From the NCBI GenBank assembly GCA_052139635.1, contig JBKQWH010000101.1:1-21400 (forward strand): DNA of 21,400 bases. The letters are read 5' to 3'. Shown piece by piece: positions 15,750 through 21,400 of this stretch. Position numbers and translations under genes: made by a program. Source of the DNA: Capsulimonadaceae bacterium. GTDB lineage: Bacteria > Armatimonadota > Armatimonadia > Armatimonadales > Capsulimonadaceae. The notes below the pieces were generated by a model. That model had not been told where the DNA came from. It saw nothing but the letters and a program-made list of their open reading frames with translations, and ran no database searches. Each line of letters begins with the position of its first letter. The first letter of the stretch is position 1.

Positions 15750-18125
15750 ATGGGAGTCGGCCAGGTCTCGTCCATAAAGCAGGCGGCGCTGCGGGCCGCG
15801 GTGTTGCTGGTCCTCGTGCTCGTTTGCAGCCGCGCGCCGGGCGATCCGATTGTGCTGCCAACGGGCGGCGACCAGTCTCCTGTTCCCATCTCGCTCGGCA
15901 AGGGTTCGTACGCGTCGGTCCCGCCCCCGGATACGGGCGAGGCGATCCAAAAGGTCCTCCAGAAGCCGCTCTATATCCTCGATCCGGGGACGCGTCCCAT
16001 CCCGACCAACAAGTGGTGGACCAACCTGATCGTCCACCAGTGGTCCGGCCGGCTCTGGGCGTTTCCGGAGATGGTAGAGGCGAACCAGACGGGAATAAAC
16101 TTCTACTACCCGACTCGCTACAACGACGAAGGGCGGGACCCGGTCAGCGAGGACCCGCTGAACATCTCGGGCGTGGACTTCCATCCGACTGAGACGCGCG
16201 CGAAGGACTGGGACGACTGGACGGTCAGCTTCCGGATCGACGAGAGCGACACGAAATACGTCGACGTCACCCTCGGGCGCGGCATGCCTTACGCGTGGTT
16301 CGAGTACACGGGACTGCTCCCTGTGCTGCAAAGCTCGAGCGATGCACAGTATTTCGACGAGGCTGGCCGTCCGATCACGTTTCCGTACAGCGGGTCGACT
16401 CTCGGGATGACCTTCGCGGGACGCTCCTACGGGGTCTTCGCGCCGTCGGGCTCGATGTTCTTCCGCGATCAGAACAAGATCGGCTGCCAGTTTGGCCCGG
16501 CCGGCCGCTTCCTGGTTGTCTGCGCGCTGCCGCGGGCGGACCTCCTCTCCACGTTTGCGTCGTATGCTTACGCCATCCCGCGTGGCAGCCGTATGACCTG
16601 GACGTACGATCCGGAGAAGGGAGTGGTGCGTACCCACTGGCAAATCGCCACCGAGCCCCTGCAGGGGACCGAGACCCGAACCATCCAGGGGTGGCTGCCG
16701 CACCACACCCGCGACACGACGACAAACCTGAGCTTCACGGACTTCACGTACCTGACGCCGCGCGGGACGATGAAGTGCGCGATCGGCAACGACTTCGAGA
16801 TCGACTACCCGTTCAACGGGTTCCTGCCGTTCCTCCCGGCCCCGAAGAAGCTCGGCCTGCCTCACGATTTCGACGAGACGCGGATGCGCACCTACCTGGA
16901 GCAGTACGCCGCGCGGACGAAATACGGCGACGATACCTACTGGGGCGGCAAGAGCCTGACCCAGTTCGCCGACTACATGGCCGCCGCGCATGAGATGCAC
17001 GACACGGACGCGTTCACCGCACTGCGGAGCGATCTCCATACGGCGCTCACCGACTGGTACACCTATACTCCCGGGAAGACGGCGCACTACTTCGCCTACT
17101 ATCCCGGCTGGCACGCCCTGATCGGTATCAAGCCGAGCTACGGTTCCGAGGCCTTCAACGACAATCACTTTCACTACGGGTACTTCACGAGGGCGTCGGC
17201 ATTGCTCGGGTTCTTCGATCCCGACTTCCTCAAGGGCTACGGGCATATGGCCAAGATGGTGGCCAAGGAGTACGCCAACTGGGACCGGACCGACACCCGC
17301 TTCCCGTTTTTGCGCACGTTCGACATCTGGGAGGGCCATTCCTGGGCGGGCGGGTTTAGCTCGCCCACCGGCAACAACCAGGAGTCGTCGTCGGAGGCCG
17401 TCCAGTCGTGGGGCGGTCTGTTCCTGCTCGGCGAGGCGATGGGAGACAAGGACATGATCGCGGCCGGAGCCATGGGCTATGCGATGGAGACCCGAGCCGC
17501 ACTCGAATACTGGTTCAACATCCACGGCGACAACTTTTCGCCGAACTATAAATGGCCCATCGCCGGCATGGTCTGGAGCGGCGGGCAGCTCTTCGGCACG
17601 TACTTCAGCGGCGATCCGGACTGGGCCTACGCGATCCAGTGGCTGCCGATGTCGCCGATGATGGACTACCTGGCTCGGGACCCCGACTACACGCGAGCCA
17701 GCTTCCAGACGATGATGCAACTGCAGGCTCAGAAGAAGGGCTCAAACTCCCTGAGCGACATGGGGACGGGCCTGGGGAACGTGGTGCTGTCGCTCGTGCA
17801 ACTGGTCAATCCGGACTGGGTCAGCGAGCAGCTCGACGATCTCTGGGACGCCGGCAGCCCGATCGCCCACGATGTCGACACGCCGGGCATCACTTACTAC
17901 CTCACCCATTCGGACCGCATGCTCGGCGACATCCGGTGGGACTATCATATGTCCCTGCCGATGTCACGCGTTTACCTCAATAAGCGCACTGGCGTTACCA
18001 GCTATGTCGTATTCAACCCCGGCTCGGCGAAGCAGGCGGTGAACGTGTACCAGGGTGACACGAAGGTCGGCACCCTGACAGCGCCGCCGGGGTTGACGCT
18101 GGCGACCAAATTGGAGCGGAAATAG
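15750..18125 (+). CDS. Secreted glycoside hydrolase, most likely family GH81 endo-beta-1,3-glucanase (laminarinase). Start at ATG 15750; the ORF track opens at TTG 15729.
   Basis: ORF 15729..18125(+). GGAGAA at 15735-15740, 9 nt before ATG 15750. Signal peptide (AALRAAVLLVLVLVCSRAPG). Motifs NDNHFHYGYF and NQESSSEAV (E-x3-E), consistent with the GH81 catalytic region. The WW/Y-rich composition is typical of a carbohydrate-active enzyme. Confidence 0.8.
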   Translation: MGVGQVSSIKQAALRAAVLLVLVLVCSRAPGDPIVLPTGGDQSPVPISLGKGSYASVPPPDTGEAIQKVLQKPLYILDPGTRPIPTNKWWTNLIVHQWSGRLWAFPEMVEANQTGINFYYPTRYNDEGRDPVSEDPLNISGVDFHPTETRAKDWDDWTVSFRIDESDTKYVDVTLGRGMPYAWFEYTGLLPVLQSSSDAQYFDEAGRPITFPYSGSTLGMTFAGRSYGVFAPSGSMFFRDQNKIGCQFGPAGRFLVVCALPRADLLSTFASYAYAIPRGSRMTWTYDPEKGVVRTHWQIATEPLQGTETRTIQGWLPHHTRDTTTNLSFTDFTYLTPRGTMKCAIGNDFEIDYPFNGFLPFLPAPKKLGLPHDFDETRMRTYLEQYAARTKYGDDTYWGGKSLTQFADYMAAAHEMHDTDAFTALRSDLHTALTDWYTYTPGKTAHYFAYYPGWHALIGIKPSYGSEAFNDNHFHYGYFTRASALLGFFDPDFLKGYGHMAKMVAKEYANWDRTDTRFPFLRTFDIWEGHSWAGGFSSPTGNNQESSSEAVQSWGGLFLLGEAMGDKDMIAAGAMGYAMETRAALEYWFNIHGDNFSPNYKWPIAGMVWSGGQLFGTYFSGDPDWAYAIQWLPMSPMMDYLARDPDYTRASFQTMMQLQAQKKGSNSLSDMGTGLGNVVLSLVQLVNPDWVSEQLDDLWDAGSPIAHDVDTPGITYYLTHSDRMLGDIRWDYHMSLPMSRVYLNKRTGVTSYVVFNPGSAKQAVNVYQGDTKVGTLTAPPGLTLATKLERK

Positions 18126-18304
18126 GACCGATCCAGGGTCTCACCACGGACAGTCACGCAGCCCCGGTTGAAGGCCAGGAGCCCCTCCGGAACCCCCAGC
18201 GCCGCCCGAGCATTCACACCCTTGAAGCCGTCGAGACCCCAAACGCCCTCGACCAATCCTATCGTGGGAAGACGTCCCTGCCCGTCCGCGGCCATCGGCC
18301 GGTG

Positions 18305-18751
18305 TTACGCCTTTTTAAAGCTCGAATGGTTGTTGCTGATCCATTCCTCAGCCGTCACCAAAAGGTTCCGCGCTTCCTTGAGGATCTGCGCCGCTTCGGT
18401 ATCGCTTGCCACTGCGGCGCGGTCGTAGTCTACTGTATTACGCTTACGCCGGCACGCGTCGAAATACGCGAATAACGATGCCGTCGACGGCCCCAGGGCT
18501 AGCTCGGCCGCCTCAAATGTGATTTGGTGATGGGCCGATCCCGAGGCTCGGTATCCGGAGCAGGCGATCACCATTTTGGACGTCTGAAGTGCGGCGTTGT
18601 AGGCGGTTGCGAATCGACGGTCCGCGGAAAGCGCCGGTATCGAAGCGTCGACAAGGTCACGCTCGACTAAGTCCCGCAAATCGTCGATCTCTTGTTTGCT
18701 CGTTGTGTGGGTCTTAACTTTCCCGTCTGCTAACAGCCTTGTCCAGCTCAT
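18305..18751 (-). CDS. HEPN-domain protein (predicted RNase toxin or partner of the adjacent nucleotidyltransferase)
   Basis: ORF 18305..18751(-), ATG start overlapping the 3' end of the upstream NTase gene by 38 nt in another frame. GGGGA/GAGG upstream. All-helical sequence with an R-x5-H-H motif (YRASGSAHHQ) that fits the HEPN Rx4-6H signature. About 55% GC versus about 67% in the flanks. Confidence 0.55.
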   Translation of the reverse strand: MSWTRLLADGKVKTHTTSKQEIDDLRDLVERDLVDASIPALSADRRFATAYNAALQTSKMVIACSGYRASGSAHHQITFEAAELALGPSTASLFAYFDACRRKRNTVDYDRAAVASDTEAAQILKEARNLLVTAEEWISNNHSSFKKA

Positions 18752-19322
18752 CCTCAGTCCCCTTCAAGAAGATTTTTCGGTCGCGCATCACCGTTTCTAA
18801 GAAATGATTGTGATTTGACAGCTTGTCCACAAGCTCGCTCCGTGTGTAAACGGTCACGTTGACCGAAATCCGGAGGGCGCGCTCCAGTTCGCGCAGCGGC
18901 AGCGCAATATCGGCAAGTCGCACAGTGCCAACGAGCATCACATCCACATCGCTTCTTCCGGTTTGCTCTTCCCGAGCCACCGACCCGTAAATAAAGGCGA
19001 AGTCGAGCGAATCTTCGAAGGGCTTCAGAACATCCCACACCCGCGTCACAAGCCCCGAAGTCTTTCTCATGATCGAGGCCAGCTCCGGATAGATCGGGAA
19101 CGACGTATCTGTCTTGTAGTACACACGATTCCCGTCGGGCTCGCGGTTCAACAGTCCGACATCCGTGAGCGACGATAATTCCCGCTGCAGGCTGGACGGC
19201 TGCACGCCCAGGTGTTTGGCCAGATCGCTCAAATACCATCGCCGATCCGGGTCCGCCAGTAGAGTCGCGAGAATCTGTTGCCGATGCTGCGGAAATAGCG
19301 AGTCGAGGATGTTATTGCGCAT
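18714..19322 (-). CDS. Winged-HTH fused to a minimal nucleotidyltransferase (MNT, Pol-beta superfamily); candidate antitoxin/regulator of a HEPN-MNT module
   Basis: Internal ATG (MRNNILDSLFPQ...) of ORF 18714..20228(-); the upstream part of that ORF is shadow over the ligase gene. N-terminus QQILATLLADPDRRWYLSDLAKHLGVQPSSLQRELSSLTDVGLLNREPDGNRVYY is a wHTH. FAFIYGSVAREEQTGRSDVDVMLV is the GS-x(n)-DxD nucleotidyltransferase motif. 202 aa. Confidence 0.7.
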   Translation of the reverse strand: MRNNILDSLFPQHRQQILATLLADPDRRWYLSDLAKHLGVQPSSLQRELSSLTDVGLLNREPDGNRVYYKTDTSFPIYPELASIMRKTSGLVTRVWDVLKPFEDSLDFAFIYGSVAREEQTGRSDVDVMLVGTVRLADIALPLRELERALRISVNVTVYTRSELVDKLSNHNHFLETVMRDRKIFLKGTEDELDKAVSRRES

Positions 19323-19331
19323 ATTGCGTAC

Positions 19332-19360
19332 ATTATTGCGCGAATTACGTAAGTTGTCAA
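19332..19360 (-). promoter_or_regulatory. Consensus-like promoter of the wHTH-MNT/HEPN operon (TTGACA, 17-bp spacer, AATAAT), giving a leaderless or very short leader transcript. Overlaid by direct repeats.
   Basis: On the minus strand: TTGACA (top 19355-19360), 17-nt spacer, AATAAT (top 19332-19337), then 9 nt to the ATG at 19322. Sits in the 52-nt gap after the ligase stop (19375-19377). Confidence 0.5.
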
Positions 19361-19374
19361 GGGCGTGAATACCC

Positions 19375-20943
19375 TTACCGTCGAGACGCGCGCTCCAGTC
19401 GTTGTAAAGCGGGATAGTCGATCTTGGCGTTGTGACGCTTGTCGACGGGTATCTTCGCGACAACGCGGACGTGGTCCACGCACGCCCATGCCAGCATGTG
19501 CTTGATGGCGGCGAGGTCCGGCGCCCGGGCGCTTCGATCGGGTTCGAGGAGGACGATCCTGCGGCCGTCGACACCCATGGCTGCGGCGCGGGCGATGCCG
19601 GGGAGGGAGTCGATGGCGGTCTCGATGGCGAAGGGGTAGGCAGTACCGCGGGAGTCGACGATTCTGGCGCGGCACCGCCCGAGCAGCCACAACCGGCCGC
19701 GGGTATCCATGCAGCCGGCGTCGCCAGTGCGGTGCCAGACCGTGTTGCCGACCCGGAACTTGGTCTCTGTGTCCCCCACCCCGTCCACATAGCCGGGCAG
19801 CACGTGGTCGCCGCGGACAACGATTTCGCCCGGCGAACCGGGGGGACGCTGCTGCGCGCGAAACTCGTCCTCCTCGAAGGGCCCCATCGGCTTTCCCCAC
19901 CCATCGGCGACCACGCGGACGTCGATGCAGCCGACCGGCCGTCCGGCGAGCAGCCCGCCGCCCTCGCGCATGGCGGTGCGGTCAGCATCGTCGATCTCGC
20001 GCAGAGCGATATGGGCGATTGGCTCCGCCTCCGTCGACCCGTAAACCGCCACGATCTCCGCCTTCGGCGCGACGGCGTGCAGCCTGTCCAGCAGGCTCGG
20101 GAACACGGGCGCCCCACCGGTGAACATCCTGGTAAACGTATCCAGAGTGCGGCCGGAGCGCAGGCATCGGTCCGCGATGCGCTCGAGAAAAGCGGGCGAC
20201 GCGCCCGTGGTCGCCGGCCGCAGGGCATCGATCTGAGCGATCACCGGGTCCGGGTCGATCGAGCCGGGCGAGCGCAGGTCGGCGTTCGGGATGATGCTGG
20301 TCAGCCCGGAGGCCAGGTTTGCCAGCACGAAGATCGGCAGAGTCGAAAGGTCGACGGTGCCGGCGGTGAGGGAGAGGGACTCGGCGAGCGCGCGGTGCTG
20401 CGCCAGCAGGAAGCCGTGTGTGCGCAGGGCCGCCTTTGGCGCGCCGGTGCTGCCGCTCGTAAATGTCAGCAAGGAGGGGGCATCTTCGTTCGTATGTATG
20501 TCAACCGGTGGGGCGCCGCGCCGGCTGCCCGGGGCGGCGTCCCAGAATCCGGCGACGAACTTACGCTTGATCCGCCGCAGCCCTGGCGACAGCAACCGCA
20601 GCAGGTGAGCCTTCCGGGTGGCCACCAGCCCGTTTGGCACGCCGAGCCGGCAGCACCGCTCGATATGCTCCCGCCCCGCGCTCGGATCGAGGAACATCGC
20701 GACCATTCCGAGCTGGAAGATGGCCAGCAGCACGACATAGAGGTCGAGGGACATCGGGACGAAGACGAGGACCTTGTCTTCGGGCTTCAGGCCGGACTCG
20801 ATCAGCCGTTCCGCCGCCCGCCGGACCAGTCGATCCAGTTCCGCATAGGTCGTCGACCGCGTCCGCCCTCCCGGACAGTCGATGATCGCCGCCTGATCCG
20901 GCCGGACCCCGGCCTGCTCGCGAAGGTAGTCGATGAGGTTCAT
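19375..20943 (-). CDS. AMP-dependent synthetase/ligase (adenylate-forming acyl-CoA/acyl-AMP ligase family), 522 aa
   Basis: ORF 19375..20943(-), ATG start, TAA stop. LTFTSGSTGAPKA is the A3 motif (TSGSTGxPK). YGSTEA is the A5 motif (YGxTE). C-terminal PVDKRHNAKIDYPAL is an A10-like lysine motif. No SD upstream. Confidence 0.9.
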   Translation of the reverse strand: MNLIDYLREQAGVRPDQAAIIDCPGGRTRSTTYAELDRLVRRAAERLIESGLKPEDKVLVFVPMSLDLYVVLLAIFQLGMVAMFLDPSAGREHIERCCRLGVPNGLVATRKAHLLRLLSPGLRRIKRKFVAGFWDAAPGSRRGAPPVDIHTNEDAPSLLTFTSGSTGAPKAALRTHGFLLAQHRALAESLSLTAGTVDLSTLPIFVLANLASGLTSIIPNADLRSPGSIDPDPVIAQIDALRPATTGASPAFLERIADRCLRSGRTLDTFTRMFTGGAPVFPSLLDRLHAVAPKAEIVAVYGSTEAEPIAHIALREIDDADRTAMREGGGLLAGRPVGCIDVRVVADGWGKPMGPFEEDEFRAQQRPPGSPGEIVVRGDHVLPGYVDGVGDTETKFRVGNTVWHRTGDAGCMDTRGRLWLLGRCRARIVDSRGTAYPFAIETAIDSLPGIARAAAMGVDGRRIVLLEPDRSARAPDLAAIKHMLAWACVDHVRVVAKIPVDKRHNAKIDYPALQRLERASRR

Positions 20944-20979
20944 GTTCGGTGGAACCGCGGCGGGGAGCCGGCAGACGGC

Positions 20980-21177
20980 CTATTCCTCAGAAACAGGCAT
21001 ATTCTCGCAGGCGATGAGGACGATCGCACTGTCGTCCGTCAGGAAAGGGTACTCTCGACGCAACCGAGCGATCCGCTCCGTCATGCCCGCGGCAGCGCGA
21101 ATCTCCTCGATCGTGAACTCGGAGGACTCGGCGATTTCCCGCAGATGTTCTTCGGTGATTGTTGTTGTCGATGTCAT
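20980..21177 (-). CDS. Small acidic hypothetical protein (about 65 aa), immediately upstream of and co-directional with the ligase gene
   Basis: Internal ATG (MTSTTTITEEHLREIAESSEFTIEEIRAAAGMTERIARLRREYPFLTDDSAIVLIACENMPVSEE) of ORF 20980..21321(-). Helical, acidic. 36-nt gap to the ligase start. Preceded by a TTGCAA, 18-bp spacer, TACTAT promoter-like element. Weak support; could be non-coding. Confidence 0.3.
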   Translation of the reverse strand: MTSTTTITEEHLREIAESSEFTIEEIRAAAGMTERIARLRREYPFLTDDSAIVLIACENMPVSEE

Positions 21178-21187
21178 CACTGAGTAG

Positions 21188-21217
21188 ATAGTACCAGGTT
21201 GTTTGACCCGGTTGCAA
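21188..21217 (-). promoter_or_regulatory. Candidate promoter (TTGCAA, 18-bp spacer, TACTAT) for the small ORF / ligase operon. The -10 lies 10 nt before the ATG.
   Basis: Minus-strand TTGCAA (top 21212-21217) and TACTAT (top 21188-21193). Lower-GC region at the window edge. Confidence 0.35.
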
Positions 21218-21400
21218 TGGGCATGAGCAGCAACCAGGCGACAGGCCAGCCTCTCCCGGAGAGCCATGCCGTCGAAGACTGATCGCAGAACTGCAGCCTT
21301 GATTCCGGCTTGTGCCCACACGCTCCCCCAGCCAGCTTATCCGAGAGTGATAACCTCTGAGATAATCTGGTATACTGCAAGCAGTCTTACGTTGGCATTT

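Noticed and set aside
15645-17720. 691-aa ORF on the minus strand
   Set aside because: Antisense shadow of the GH81 gene in GC-rich DNA. Translation is Arg/Pro/Gly-rich low-complexity with no domain signatures, and the opposite strand encodes a convincing secreted glycosidase.
15546-18269. 10-mer TATCGTGGGA present both about 200 bp upstream (15546-15555) and about 135 bp downstream (18260-18269) of the GH81 gene; considered as possible insertion-flanking direct repeats
   Set aside because: In a 21.4-kb sequence roughly 200 chance 10-mer recurrences are expected. A 10-bp match without extended flanking similarity is not evidence of a mobile insertion.
19432-21183. 583-aa ORF on the plus strand
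   Set aside because: Shadow of the AMP-dependent ligase gene; translation is Arg/Gly/Asp-rich junk. The ligase on the minus strand has canonical adenylation motifs.
1-21400. Search for tRNA, rRNA and CRISPR arrays
   Set aside because: No T-loop consensus (GTTCGAATC / GTTCAAATC) in an appropriate cloverleaf context and no regularly spaced longer direct repeats were found by eye. A tRNAscan/CRISPR-finder run would be needed to exclude them formally.

Overview
High-GC (about 65-70%) bacterial chromosomal segment. It is most likely from a diderm lineage: it carries an outer-membrane beta-barrel gene ending in a C-terminal Phe, flotillin and a SpoIVB-like S55 peptidase. No transposase, CRISPR array, rRNA or tRNA gene was recognised. 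Only the six-frame ORF track and the printed sequence were available; no database searches were run.

Gene content, left to right:
- Minus-strand cluster: S55 (SpoIVB-like) secreted peptidase, hisI, a hypothetical C-terminally anchored protein, ung.
- A small XRE-type HTH regulator followed by a secreted phosphodiester-glycosidase-family protein.
- A NfeD-like membrane protein with a His-rich insert, followed by a large flotillin (SPFH) protein. This is the classical NfeD-flotillin operon.
- rnz (RNase Z) on the minus strand.
- About 480 bp of AT-richer non-coding DNA, then sucA-sucB (2-oxoglutarate dehydrogenase E1/E2), closed by a clear intrinsic terminator.
- A small outer-membrane beta-barrel protein and a secreted GH81-like beta-1,3-glucanase.
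- A lower-GC islet carrying an overlapping wHTH-MNT nucleotidyltransferase / HEPN gene pair (toxin-antitoxin or defence-type module). Its promoter is leaderless-type, with 10-11-bp-periodic direct repeats across the -10 box and start codon.
- An adenylate-forming (AMP-dependent) ligase preceded by a tiny acidic ORF.

The most interesting candidates are the wHTH-MNT/HEPN module with its repeat-bearing promoter, the His-rich NfeD partner of flotillin, the structured AT-rich leader upstream of sucA, and the GTCCAT tandem repeats with palindromes upstream of the glucanase gene. Many long ORFs in the track are antisense shadows of real genes in GC-rich DNA and were discarded.
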